NCBI GenBank assembly: GCA_964016885.1
Contig: OZ024755.1
Coordinates: 3,782,001 to 3,846,000 of the forward strand
Reading direction: 5' to 3'
Source: Eledone cirrhosa
Lineage: Eukaryota
DNA length: 64,000 nucleotides
Shown: piece after piece, positions 1-14,749 of the stretch
Position numbering within the stretch: the stretch's first letter is position 1
Layout: the number at the start of each line of letters is the position of its first letter
Made by a program: the position numbers and the translations under genes
Notes under the pieces: generated by a model
What the model was told of the DNA's origin: nothing
What the model saw: the letters and a program-made list of their open reading frames with translations, nothing else
The model's database searches: none

Positions 1-832
1 ACCGATACTGCCAACCCACCGCATTATAATGGTTTCTGATTTTAGGAACAAGGCCAGTAATTTTGGTGGGGAGGAGAAAATCGATTAAATCGATCCCAGT
101 ACACAGAGAAAGAGAGAGAGAGAGAGAGAGAGTGGAATAATAATTGGAAATGATCAAAAAGAAAACTCATGTCGTATTGATTAAAATGGCGGGAAATCTA
201 AAAATGGAAACCATTTTGAAACGGCAATAAAGCAATTTGAATGTAGGTGTCGCTGTAATAGCTGTAAGGTAATTTTGTGTCCGGAAAGACGCACAACAGC
301 CGGGGTGGGTGGAGATTGGAGCTATTTTAACCATTACTTCGATTGCTCAATATAATATATATTTGAAGTTATGGATAATTATTGAACCAAAGCTCTTGTT
401 TGTGGGAGAACAAAAAAGCAAAATCATAGTTCAGAGATACGTACATGCGCACACACACACACACATACATACATACATACATATACACATACATAGACAC
501 ACGTGTATACATAGTTCAGAGATTAAAAATAAATAATACAAAGGTTTTAGTCCGTTTGTTGTTTTAGTGTTTGTATTTGTCTTGTTGTTGTTATTGTTGT
601 AGTATTTGTTGTTATTGTTGTAGTATTTGTTATTGTTGTTGTTGTATTTATTTTTTGCTGTTGTTGTATTTGTTGTTACTGTTGTTATATTTGTTGTTGT
701 ATGTGTTGTTGTTGTATTTAATATAAAAAAAAAATGAGACAAAAAAAACAGTACAGACTAAAATATAAAACAAATCAAACAAAACGAAAAAATCACACCA
801 AAAAAGAAAAAAAGAAAAAGAAAAACTACTCG

Positions 833-1140
833 AATCTATATACATAAACACATTGATTCTCTATATATACACTCACCTCTATGCATAAACACATTGACTA
901 GATATATATACACCCACCTCTATACATAAACACATTGATTCTCTCTATATACACACCTCTATACATAAACACATTAACTCTATATATACACTCACTTCTA
1001 TACATAAACACATTGATTCTCTATATACACACTTCTATATATAAACACATTAACTCTCTATATATACACACTTCTATACATAAACACATTGACTATATAT
1101 ATATATATATACACACACTCACTTCTAGACATAAACACAT
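833..1140. repeat. ~40-bp minisatellite (ctctatatatacactcacctctatacataaacacattga-like), ~8 degenerate copies
   Basis: 'cataaacacatt' recurs about every 38-45 bp. Confidence 0.85.
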
Positions 1141-1234
1141 TTTGGGGAGGGGGAAAGTCCATTAAATCGACCCCAGTATGTTACTGGTACTTTATTTTAT
1201 CAATCATGTAAGGATGAAAGGTAAAGCTAATAGT

Positions 1235-1429
1235 AATAATAATTGTTTCTACTTTTGGCACAAGGCCAGCAATTACCCAGTGTATTACTGGTACTTTATT
1301 TTATCGGCCCCGTAAGGATGAAAGGCAAAGTTAACCTCGGCGGGATTTGAACTCAGAACGTAAAGGAACGTAACTCTATGCTTCAAAGCATGGTGTCCGA
1401 CACTCTACCGATACTGCCAATCCACCACC
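1235..1429 (-). mobile_element. SINE-A, tRNA-derived SINE, near full length (partial second copy at 1140-1227)
   Basis: Minus strand: A-box-like TGGCAGTATCGG, B-box GAGTTCAAATCCC, central GCCTTTCATCCTTACGGGG-CGATAAAATAAAGTACCAG block, (ATT)n tail. Confidence 0.9.
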
Positions 1430-1902
1430 TTTTAGTAGTAGTAGCAGTAGTAGTAGTAGTAGTAGTAGTAGTAATAATGACAAACATAAATATACAAAAC
1501 AAATAAACAAAATCAAAACAAAATTAATTCGTAATTTTATGCAAGTCCAACATTTCATGTCGTCTACTTCAGTGATAGACAACCCGATACTCTAAACTAA
1601 TGCAATCAGATATTATTTCAAACAGCAAATTATTTGAGATCGTAATCATGTTTTCAACTAGCAACATAACTGTAGTTTTAAGTAGTTTTATGTATAAGGA
1701 AACAGTAAAAGCTATGCTAGATATCTCAACACATATTTACCTGTTTAGACATGAATGTCTGCTATCAAGTTTCGCTTACATGTATTTATGTTTTTATCGT
1801 GTATCGATCTATTACCACGCACGTTTCATAGATGATTGGCTCTAGGTCGTCCATGGAAGTTATAAACCCGACCCCAACATCAGACTGAATCACTTACATT
1901 AT

Positions 1903-2000
1903 GTTAACTTTGCCTTTCATCCTTACGGGGTCGATAAAATAAAGTACCAGTAATGCACTGGGATAATTGCTGGCCTTGTGCCAAAAGTAGAAACAATTAT
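1903..2000 (+). mobile_element. SINE-A, 5'-truncated
   Basis: gttaactttgcctttcatcc...gtagaaacaattat matches the 3' half of the other copies. Confidence 0.9.
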
Positions 2001-2218
2001 ATATATATATATTATATATAGTCATTTAATAAACAACATTCTATGAAAATTCTATGAAAATTTTAGATCCTTGTAAAAGGTAAATTCCATTAATCAATCT
2101 ATTCGAATAAGAAAGACTTATCTTTCTTCATATCATCTTAGTTACTTCCTGTTTACTTCTCCAGAATCTTCTGTTATCAAACTCTTGGTTTTTAATTTTA
2201 TTGGAGAAAAAAAAAAGA

Positions 2219-2349
<131 letters not shown>

Positions 2350-2750
2350 TACTCTATTTACGTAAGCTTGAATCAAAAATCTTTATCGGGAAAATATTTT
2401 TCTTATCTTTGAAAACTTATTTTTATCTGTTGATATACAGACAATATTACATACTTATTACACAACACCGATACCCGTAGAAATTCCATGGTTATTTGGA
2501 AACTTTAATATTGTTTAAAGTTATATTGACAATCACGAAATAGATAATGTCTTTTGAAATTGTAAATATTCTTAAGCTTTTGATCATTAAAATCTTATAC
2601 AGTCTACATAGGTATTAAATGGAGGTGTAGTCTTAGAAGACACTTTTGAAAGCTATATTCTATGTTTATCTCTAGACCAATTTAACTTGCGAACTGTTAT
2701 CTACGATTTTTATCATATTAAAAAATAAAACTGATCACTGGAATATAATT

Positions 2751-3115
2751 CCAATCCAATCGAGGGCCTTCTCACTCATGTTTGAGGAACCCTTCCTTGT
2801 TTGACCTCCATCCAATCCAATCGAGGGCCTTCTCACTCATGTTTGAGGAACCCTTCCTTGTTTGACCTCCATCCAATCCAATCGAGGGCCTTCTCACTCA
2901 TGTTTGAGGAACCCTTCCTTGTTTGACCTCCATCCAATCCAATCGAGGGCCTTCTCACTCATGTTGAGGAACCCTTCCTTGTTTGACCTCCATCCAATCC
3001 AATCGAGGGCCTTCTCACTCATGTTTGAGGAACCCTTCCTTGTTTGACCTCCATCCAATCCAATCGAGGGCCTTCTCACTCCTATTGGAAGAACTCCTCC
3101 CTGGTTGACCTCCAT
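2751..3115. repeat. 61-bp tandem repeat, ~5.5 near-identical copies plus one diverged partial unit
   Basis: Unit ccaatccaatcgagggccttctcactcatgtttgaggaacccttccttgtttgacctccat. Confidence 0.95.
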
Positions 3116-3344
3116 CGCCTTCTAAGTGGTTTTGGTCATGTCTTCAAAGGTGTAACCGTACTCATCACACTTGGTTAATTGAAGGTGGCCTACTGGTGAG
3201 GGTACTTAACCCATAGATGAGGTATAGCAGGGGTTCTCAAACTGGACGCTACAGCCCACCCCTGGGGGAATTGAGAAGGTCCAGGGGGCGGTTGAAGGGG
3301 CGGTAGAGATGATATAATAGTATATTAAATGCTACATATAAAGA

Positions 3345-3455
3345 GGGTGGCAGTATCAGTAGAGGGTCGGACGCCATGCTTAAGAACATAGAAACATAGA
3401 GTTACGGCCATTTATGGTCTGAGTTCAAATCCCACCGAGGTTAACTTTGCCTTTA
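3345..3455 (+). mobile_element. SINE-A 5' half
   Basis: gtggcagtatcagtagagggtcggacgccatgc...gagttcaaatcccaccgaggttaactttgcc. Confidence 0.85.
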
Positions 3456-3754
3456 GAATGAAACATGTGTAGATGAAATAAATATATTGTTGAATCTTGG
3501 TGATCTATTTTGTGTGTGTGTATATAAGGTAAAATATACAAAAGTCGATATATTTTCACACGCACACGCACACGCACACGCACACGCACACGCACACACA
3601 CACATAATATATATATATATAAAATTAGTCCTTCATCAGTGATCTTCCAACCTTCATTGGTATTTCATCGCTTTATTCATATGTAACCCATGTGCAACCA
3701 CGCAGCGCTCCATTTTTCTTTATATATCTATATATATATATATATATATATATA

Positions 3755-3850
3755 CGACTCTCTTCCTGCTATTCCAAGCGTTAAACTAATATATTTCTTC
3801 CATGTACTGTACCGCTTGTTTTGTTATTTTTATTATTACTTTTACTTATA
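3755..3850 (+). mobile_element. PLE-type terminus, family H (other copies at 10830-10945 and 26022-26147, both minus)
   Basis: Shared ctcttcctgctat..caagcgttaa.ctaata block; flanked by (TA)n; the 26.1 kb copy has a hammerhead motif directly upstream of this block. Confidence 0.6.
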
Positions 3851-3937
3851 TTTATATATATACATATATATGTTGTGTTCCGAAGGAAAAGCAAAGGAAA
3901 AAAGAGTGCTCTATGTATAGAACAGAGCTATTTAATT

Positions 3938-4005
3938 CTTTGTCTGACGACCGATCCAGACGTATATTAATATTGTCTGTGATCCAGAAACCTTTGGTAA
4001 TGGAG
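3938..4005 (+). ncRNA. Degenerate type I hammerhead ribozyme motif, PLE-type family B
   Basis: CUGACGA (3944-50); stem II gatc-cagacg/tgtctg-t-gatc with mismatched base; GAAA (3987-90); stem III ACC-ttt-GGT; UA site; wobble stem I ctttgt/atggag. Confidence 0.6.
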
Positions 4006-4388
4006 TAGTTATATTTTGTGTTGTTCACTTTCTAATTATATATATGTATATATGAGTGTGCACACGTGTGCATGTTTGTGTGTATGCATGCATGTATGTA
4101 TGAAGCTGTGTGAGTATGTATGTGCATATGTATGTTTTCAACACGACATCCTTGTTTACTTAACAATCACTTTACTTAACATAGTTTTAATCTTACTTTT
4201 AGGTCACATGGTTTAAGACAATTCTCTGGAGCGTTTCAGTGGTTCCAGATATGTTGGAACTATGTTTGATGGAAAGAATTGTAGCTGCTTCAGCACATTT
4301 CTGCCATTTACAAACTTTTGTCATTGATCTCTACTTCTTGTCGTTCTATACTTCAAATGAAAAGAGATTCCTTTACCAATATGTCTAT

Positions 4389-4487
<99 letters not shown>

Positions 4488-4660
4488 ATATTTATATATG
4501 TATATTTATATATGTATATTTGTATATGTATATGTATATATGTATATATATATATATATATACAAATATACATACATATATATGTATGTATGTATATATA
4601 TATATATATATTATATTTATTATTGAAATATATATATATACAAATATACATACATACATA

Positions 4661-4692
<32 letters not shown>

Positions 4693-4805
4693 ATTACATT
4701 TATTATTGAAATAATTTCTTGTGTTGCATATATACAAATGTATATACATACATACATACATATATATGTATATTTATATATGTATATATATATATATATA
4801 TATAA

Positions 4806-4903
4806 ATATATAATATTTATTATTGAAATAATTTCTTGTTGCATATATACAAATATTTGTATATATGCAACAAGAAATTATTTCAATAATAAATATTATA
4901 TAT
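4806..4903. repeat. Perfect 98-bp palindrome with no spacer
   Basis: Arms checked base by base around centre caaat|atttg (4854/4855). Confidence 0.95.
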
Positions 4904-5182
4904 ACACACTCTAATGCGTCTTTCAGAACAATATCGGTTTCAACACACGATTTCAGATAAAGAATCTTGCTAAACAAATTCAGAAACAAAATATTATATA
5001 TATATATATACATATATATGTATGTACATATATATGTATATTTATATATGTATATATATAATATTCATTATTGAAATAATTTCTTGTTGCATATATACAA
5101 ATATACATACATATATATGTATATATATATATATATAAATATATTATATTTATTATTGAAATAATTTCTTGCGTTGCATATA

Positions 5183-5283
5183 CAGGATGTCCCCCAAAAA
5201 TGTATACATACTTCATGAGCATTCTAATAAGTTTTGCCTGTACAGGTAATCAAAGTGTGTATACATTTTTGGGGGACATCCAA
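5183..5283. mobile_element. ~100-bp Tc1/mariner-type MITE (other copies at 42629-42738 and, partial, 63846-63912)
   Basis: TIRs ggatgtcccccaaaaatgtatacatactt / aagtgtgtatacatttttgggggacatcc; TA-CAGG terminus; TA context. Confidence 0.8.
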
Positions 5284-5889
5284 TATATATATGTATATAA
5301 ACACTTAAACCTGCAGGCGTGCTCAACATACATTAAAGCACGCCTGCACTTACACACACACATAGATAAGCACACACAAACGCACTCGCACACACACACA
5401 CTCTAATGCGTCTTTCAGAACATTAGCTAGCAAGTATCGCAGTGTTGTTACTGTTCTTTCAACTGTTTCACATTGAATCTCCCTGAGAATTGCATTAAGT
5501 CTACACGTGTCTGTGAAATACTCATTTGCATAATGTTCATTTCCTTAGTAGGGCTGTCCTGTTGATAGAATAACTGGAACACTCATGGTCGAAACTGACG
5601 GAGGTCCATCCCATCCAGGGTTACATCGTGTAAATCTTATATAGGGATATTTTATCACCAGGGAAGATTTTTTTTTATTTCGTGTGTAAAAAGTAAGTTA
5701 AGACGCCATATTGGCTGTCGTTAGAACGTCAGATAAAATGCTTTGTGGTATTTGTCTCAGCTCTCTTCTTTCTGAGTTCAAATCCTGCCAAGGTCAACTT
5801 AACCTTTCGAGGTCGATAAAAAAAGTACCATTCTAGTGATGGGGTCAACTCTTCCTCTATATCTCTTTCTCATTTTCCATTCTCTCAAT

Positions 5890-6015
5890 CGTTTTCTGGA
5901 AGAAATCTGCTCTACTCAGACCTGGAGAGGGGATGGGCTCCGCTAGGTTTTAAAATGCCCAAGATACGCTCTATGACAATAAAGCACCCCTCCTCTATCC
6001 TTCAGGAATTACGGG
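5890..6015 (+). repeat. Unclassified dispersed repeat (also 34880-35005 and 35045-35360 plus, 62905-63055 minus)
   Basis: Shared tcagacctggaga..gatgg.ctcc.c.aggtttta.aatgc.c.agaaacgccgtatg block. Confidence 0.75.
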
Positions 6016-6484
6016 AAAATGGAAAGATAAAAGGAAAAAGATACGTTAAGATAAGGAAGACAATCTATTTCTACGTTATTACGATTTTGTTTTCGACTGA
6101 AATGTCGTGGAGGCGAGCAATAAATGAAATTCGCAACCAACAAACGAATCTTCATTGCTAATACGATTTCCTGGGGTGACTTCAACCAATCAAAAGAACA
6201 TGGCTCTATTAGAAATGATTTCCTTTATCTATCTGTCAACAATCATAGAACGAATGTTTTCGATGTCTTCAGCACCGGTCATTATAAAGAATATCTTCAG
6301 ATAATAGTAGCTAAACCATTTCAAAGAAATTATTCTATTAAAGGGATAGCTAATTGTTCTTCAGATCTCAGTCTTTGATGTAATCATCAAGAAAAACATT
6401 GAATTTCTTGATAAATCACAAATTCATTCATGCAGTTACCTTTAGCACCTCTCACTTGAACATTTTTCTTGTTTTTCTTTCTGT

Positions 6485-6695
6485 GTTTTTATCATCAAAT
6501 TTTTATTTATTTTTAAATCTATTTTTTTGTTTTTTTGTTTTATCATTAATTTTTTGGTCTTTTTTCTTTTTGTTTTATCATTAATTTTTTGGTCTTTTTT
6601 GTTTTTTTGTTTTATCATTAATTTTTTGGTCTTTTTTCTTTTTGTTTTATCATTAATTTTTGGTCTTTTTTCTTTTTGTTTTATCATTAATTTTC
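6485..6695. repeat. T-rich ~40-bp minisatellite
   Basis: tttgttttatcattaattttttggtc repeated ~5 times. Confidence 0.85.
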
Positions 6696-6995
6696 ATAAG
6701 ACAAAAGTAATATATTTCAACGTTATTGATTTTTTATTTTATTTTTTTTTTTTTTTTATTTCATTTGTTTTCTGTTTATTTGTTTCTTGTTTTTATTATT
6801 TTTACTTGATTGTTTATGCATTAAAGAAATTCTACGTTTCAAGAATTTTTTTTTCTAAAATATATATATATATATATTTATATGTATCTATATGTATGTA
6901 TATATACGTATATATATATATATATATACACGTATACATACATATAGATACACAGATATATATAATTATATATGTACACACACACACACACACAC

Positions 6996-7026
<31 letters not shown>

Positions 7027-7031
<5 letters not shown>

Positions 7032-7212
7032 GTTTCTACTTTTGGCAGGCCAGCAATTATCCCAGTGCATTACTGGTACTTTATTTTATCGACCTCGTAA
7101 GGATGAAAGGCAAAGTTGACCTCGGCGGGATTTGAACTCAGACCATAAAGGGCCGTAACTCTTTGCTGCAAAGCATAGCGTCCGACCCTCTACCGATACT
7201 GCAAATCTACCT
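7027..7212 (-). mobile_element. SINE-A, near full length
   Basis: Same head, B-box, central block and tail. Confidence 0.9.
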
Positions 7213-7373
7213 ATAATAGAAGCTCGATATAGCCTTAGAGTAAAGGGAGAGAGAGAGAGAGAGAGAGAGAGATATTTGATAAGCTTACTGCTGCAAACCC
7301 ATTATCCACTATATGTGGATTCGTATATATATACATATATATACACACACACACACACACAGACACAGACACA

Positions 7374-7428
<55 letters not shown>

Positions 7429-7616
7429 TATATACTAAATCGCATATATGTACAAATTTATATATGTATGGTTGCGGATAGAGATTTTGTGTGTGTGTAT
7501 GCGCGCATGTGTGCGTGTCAGCTCACACCTATGTATGTGTGACAGCTCACGCCTATGTGTGTGCGTGACCGCTCACACCTGTGTGTGTGTGTGCGTGACC
7601 GCTCACACCTGTGTGT

Positions 7617-7865
7617 GTGTGTGCGTGACAGCTCACACCTATGCAGGTTTAGCTGGCCTCCCCCAAGCTATATCTCGTTGGAGGTGTCTTGGGTGATTTA
7701 ATGATAGGGACCCCAGTCCTATCATCTCAGTTCTACAGCTGAGTAAACTGGGGCAATGTGAAATAAAGTGTCTTGCTCAAGGAAACAACACATCACCCGG
7801 TCCGAGAATTGAACTCACAACCTTTTAATTGCAAGCCCAATGCTCTAACCACTAAGCCATGCGCC
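7617..7865 (-). mobile_element. SINE-B (tRNA head plus CORE-like domain) with tail type 2
   Basis: Minus: GGCGCATGGCTTAGTGG (A-box), GAGTTCAATTC (B-box), CCTTGAGCAAGACACTTTA (CORE-like); closely similar to 58055-58297. Confidence 0.85.
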
Positions 7866-8289
7866 TTTACATATGTGCATATGTGCGTGTATGTTAGTGT
7901 GTGCGTGCGTGTGTTTACGTGTACGTATGCGTGAGTGCATGTCCATCGAAGCGTTTCTATGGAACCGTGATTCACACCGAGAAATAAAGATATACGGGAA
8001 TTAAAATATGATAAGGCCATGTCTGAAAAATCGTTGATATTGAGCGTAGATTTTACTATTCACATCAACTGATAATTCCAGAGTTCTGTGATTAAACAAT
8101 TCCGTAGCAGAAGATAAAATACCATTTCTTTACCTCGCTGTAAAAGAAATACTTCGGGCAGAACGTCATTTCCTGGTTCTGCTCTGCTGGGTTTAATCTC
8201 TGGTGGTTCTTAAAGTCTTGGACTAATATATAATATTGCTCTCCTGATTTACCATTCCAAGTACATCTACCCTTTGAAAGGTTGAAAGG

Positions 8290-8298
8290 TGGTGTGTG

Positions 8299-8349
<51 letters not shown>

Positions 8350-10832
8350 ATGTATGTATATATATGTATGTATCTCTATGTATATGTATGTATATATATG
8401 TATGTATCTCTATATATATGTATGTATATGTATGTATATATATATTTATATGTATACACACACACACACACATATATATACACATACCTCTATATATATA
8501 TACATATATATACATACACACACACATATATGTATATATATATATAAAATGCGTGTGCATATATGTGTGTATATATATATGTGTATATATATGTGTGCAT
8601 ATATGTGTGTATATATATATGTGTATATATATATGTGTATATATATATGTGTATATATATATGTGTATATATATATGTGTATATATATATGTGTGTATAT
8701 ATATATGTGTATATATATATATGTGTGTATATATATATGTGTATATATATATGTGTATATATATATGTATATATATATATGTGTATATATATATGTATAT
8801 ATATATATGTGTATATATATATGTGTGTATATATGTGTATATATATACACATATATATGTATATATATACACATATATGTATATATATACACATATATGT
8901 ATATATATACACATATATATGTATATATATACACATATATATGTATATATATACACATATATATGTATATATATACACATATATATGTATATATATACAC
9001 ATATATATGTATATATATACACATATATATGTATATATATACACATATATATGTATATATATACACATATATATGTATATATATACACATATATATGTAT
9101 ATATATACACATATATATGTATATATACACATATATATGTATATATATATACATATATATATGTATATATATATACATATATATATGTATATATATATGT
9201 ATATATATATGTATATATATATGTATATATATACATATATATGTATATATATACATATATATGTATATATATACATATATATGTATATATATACATATAT
9301 ATGTGTATATATATACATATATATGTGTATATATATACATATATATGTGTATATATATACATATATATGTGTATATATATACATATATATATGTATATAT
9401 ATACATATATATGTGTATATATATACATATATATGTGTATATATATACATATATATGTGTATATATATACATATATATGTGTATATATATATGTATATAT
9501 ATACACATATATATGTATATATATACACATATATATGTATATATATATATGTATATATGTATATATATACACATATATATGTATATATATACACATATAT
9601 CTGTATATATATATATATGTATATATATACACATATATCTGTATATATATATATATGTATATATATACACATATATCTGTATATATATATATATGTATAT
9701 ATATACACATATATCTGTATATATATATATATATGTATATATATACACATATATCTGTATATATATATATATATGTATATATATACACATATATCTGTAT
9801 ATATATATATATGTATATATATACACATATATCTGTATATATATATATATATGTATATATATACACATATATCTGTATATATATATATATATGTATATAT
9901 ATACACATATATGTATATATATATATGTATATATATACACATATATGTATATATATATATGTATATATATACACATATATGTATATATATATATGTATAT
10001 ATATACACATATATATGTATATATATATATGTATATATATACACATATATATGTATATATATATATGTATATATATACACATATATATGTATATATATAC
10101 ACATATATATGTATATATATATATGTATATATATACACATATATATGTATATATATATATGTATATATATACACATATATATGTATATATATATATGTAT
10201 ATATATACACATATATATGTATATATATATATGTATATATATACACATATATATGTATATATATATATGTATATATATACACATATATATGTATATATAT
10301 ATGTATATATATACACATATATATGTATATATATATATGTATATATATACACATATATATGTATATATATATATGTATATATATACACATATATATGTAT
10401 ATATATATATGTATATATATACACATATATATGTATATATATATATGTATATATATACACATATATATGTATATATATATATGTATATATATACACATAT
10501 ATATGTATATATATATATGTATATATATACACATATATATGTATATATATATATGTATATATATACACATATATATGTATATATATATATGTATATATAT
10601 ACACATATATATGTATATATATATATGTATATATATACACATATATATGTATATATATATATGCATATATATACACATATATATGTATATATATATATGC
10701 ATATATATACACATATATATGTATATATATATATGCATATATATACGCATATATATGTATATATATATACACATATATATGTATATATATATATATGTAT
10801 ATACACATATATATATATATGTATATATATGT
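8290..10832. repeat. ~2.5-kb (TA)-derived compound micro/minisatellite
   Basis: Almost pure purine-pyrimidine alternation built from atatatatgtatatatatacac-type units. Confidence 0.97.
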
Positions 10833-11047
10833 ACAAATAGAAGTACAGTACAGCATACTCGAAGCTCTGGCTATATATGTATAATAGCACACAATAAAAA
10901 TTAGTGACAGTGTATTAGTTTAACGCTTGATATAGTTAGGAAAGCATGTATGTATATATATATGAGTATTTGTGTGTATGTTCGTATATATATGTATATA
11001 TAAATCACATACACACACACACACACATACATATATATTTATATAGG

Positions 11048-11880
<833 letters not shown>

Positions 11881-11961
11881 AAATACGCACGTAGAATCTA
11901 AAAATTCTTCACTCAGTACCAGGTATACCAATTTGTATATACATGTCATTGTGTATGTATG

Positions 11962-11999
<38 letters not shown>

Positions 12000-13068
12000 A
12001 GGTATATAATTGTGTATGTATGTGTATATATATATATATAAAGTAGGTATATAATTATGTATATACATACCTATATATACATATTTATATATATGTATAT
12101 ATATATTTATATGTATAAACATATAAGTATATACACATATATATGTATGTATATACACATATATATGTATATACACATATATATGTATGTATATACACAT
12201 ATATATGTATATACACATATACATGTATATATATATATTTATATGTATAAGCATATATGTATATACACACATGTATATATATATATTTATATGTATAAAC
12301 ATATATGTATATAAACACATATATATATATATTTATATGTATATATATGTGTTTATACACATAGATATGTATATATATTTATTTGTATGCACATGTTTTT
12401 TGCGTGAATCATTTTACATATATATACATATATATACGAATATATACAAACATATGCACACATACCCGCACACATACACACATGTATAAAAATGTACATT
12501 TTAGGCTTGGCATCGATTTAACACACGTGTAACAGCTGATTTTATCTTTTTACTTTTCTTTTCCTTTCCCTCTACTGTTCTGAAGAAGGACCTAGCTCCG
12601 AGATGTAAAAATATCAGGTCGTTCGGAAAATTCCTATTTTTTATTTTTTAAGCGCAATAAGATAAAATATTCTAAACATACTCCTAATCGAGTAAAATAT
12701 CCCTGGAGACAGAAAAAAACACGGTGTGACACTGCGAGGAATCGTAACCCATAAACTTGGTTGCCGAGTGATTGCGCTAGCCATTAATCATAGGAGCTAC
12801 TGATAACGAGTTTCACTTATTAAGATATTATGCCTGTAGCTAGGAAGTGTCAACTTATATACTGTACATATGCGTAAATATAAGTATAAGCACACACGAT
12901 GAGTGCTGCGCCTGATGAATTGTGTCGCCACTGTGTCAGAATTTTAAATCGTTTTATTTTCAATTTAATTTTTTGTTGTCGTTGTGATTGTTAGTTTTCT
13001 ATGTGGTTGTTGTTGTTCTTGGGAGGTATATATAGTGAAAACTTGGACGGGAACAAAACCAGAGAGGC

Positions 13069-13106
13069 AGTACAAATAAAAGTTTATTAGGTTCACGCTC
13101 ATGAGA

Positions 13107-13142
<36 letters not shown>

Positions 13143-13180
13143 TCTCAGGAGCGCGAACCTAATAAACTTTTATTTATACT
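13069..13180. repeat. Inverted repeat (39-bp arms, 3 mismatches) centred on a (TA)n tract
   Basis: agtacaaataaaagtttattaggttcacgctcatgagag / ctctcaggagcgcgaacctaataaacttttatttatact. Confidence 0.9.
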
Positions 13181-13857
13181 CGGAATTTTTCCTAGAGTGC
13201 TTAAAATTATTTGTGACTAATCCCGGTCTTTTTTTTTTTTTAAACCGCGATAATATTGCTATATGCTGAACTCCATTCATTTTTGTTGAGTTTTTTTTCG
13301 GAATGTTTTGACTGCTGTTTCTTGTAAACAGGCATTCGTCTCATTCTGACGTCACTAGCTATGTTCTCCATGTGTGTTTATTTTCATAATTCCACACGAG
13401 GTCTACTAGCCTGCTTTTACATTCCCTTTCTGGCATATTTTAGAAGTGGATTTTGGTTATCGTGCTTTGTGCTCTACTGATGAACGGTTCCAACCGTGAC
13501 TAATCCCACTGAAAAGTTTCGTGAAATAGTCTTTTTAAGACTATATAGAGCATTTGTAGTTTTTCCAAATTGAAGGATGAGTATTTAACCTTAATTTTAT
13601 TCTGATTTAAGACTCTATTGGTTTTTTCCCTGGATAAAATTTCTGTCTTTATTTTTTTTTATTTTTTTTATTTTAATTTTTTTTTAATTTTTATTTTTTA
13701 ATTTTTTAATTGAGTTTGAATTATTTTCCCACATCTTACGTTAAATATTTTCCATCTTGACGTTATAGTCACTTATATATTATGAAATACTGTTGGCTTC
13801 TTGCTCACATTAATTTCTCTATTTTCAGTTATATATATATATACTTGTATATACTTG

Positions 13858-13889
<32 letters not shown>

Positions 13890-14058
13890 CAAACACACAC
13901 ACACACACACACACCCACACATATATATCTATATATATACAGAGAGAGAGAGAGAGAGAGAGAGAGGAAGGAGGAGGGAGAAAGAGAGAGATAAATGTTA
14001 TGATGTGATACCGTTGTACATGATAATTGTTAGTACGCACACACACATACACACGCAC

Positions 14059-14106
<48 letters not shown>

Positions 14107-14412
14107 TGCCACGCTAGAACGGTGGTGTACACTTGCTGCTTGTCAGTATGATAGAAAACATGACGATGCCTAGATAGAAGCGTGACATTCAATATAAAAT
14201 TTGCCACAATTTACTTCCGTTCTTATTGTTCAAATAGCTAACTCTCTAATTACATTTTACTACTGAAAAATAAAGGAAACCTCATTTAGTGTAGCTCTAA
14301 TATCAGCCATTTTGCCATGAATAGATTCTATGGAAATAATATCAACGAAAATAGATTATATATATATATATTATATCTTAGCTAAATAATCTTCTGGTGT
14401 ATATATAAAGAT

Positions 14413-14585
14413 AGTTGTTTCTACTTTTGGCACAAGGCTAGCAATTATACCAGTACATTACTGGTACTTTATTTTATCAACCACGGAAAGATGAAAGGCA
14501 AAGTTAACCTCGGCGGGATCTGAACCCAGATCATAAAGCGCAGTAACTCTATGCTCCAAATCATGGCGCCAGACCCTCCACCGAC
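14413..14585 (-). mobile_element. SINE-A
   Basis: Diverged match to the family body and tail. Confidence 0.85.
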
Positions 14586-14698
14586 CGTTACACACACACA
14601 CACACACCACACACCACACACCACACACACACACACGGATTGACGGAGTAAAACACACTTCAACAACATGTGAACCTGTCTTTCCCACACCAGTTCGG

Positions 14699-14749
14699 AC
14701 TGCCTGAAGAGGTCGCAGCCAATGATGTTACCGAAATATATATAGCAGT
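14699..14749 (+). ncRNA. Type I hammerhead ribozyme motif (PLE-like)
   Basis: Stem I ACTGC/GCAGT; CUGAAGA 14704-10; stem II GGTcGCA/TGTtACC; GAAA 14733-36; palindromic ATATATAT stem III; UA site at 14743-44; AATAAA ~15 nt downstream, then TA-rich tract. Confidence 0.75.

Noticed and set aside
3228-3305. hAT-like TIR caggggttctcaaact
   Set aside because: Only one end found and no TSD; cannot delimit an element
6124-6378. 84-aa ORF in unique sequence
   Set aside because: No recognisable domain or convincing splice sites
8267-10904. Six overlapping 770-870 aa ORFs
   Set aside because: Translations of a stop-free (TA/CA/TG) repeat (Y/I/H/T/C/V/M only); open in all frames
12905-12945. CTGATGA motif
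   Set aside because: No stem II or GAAA
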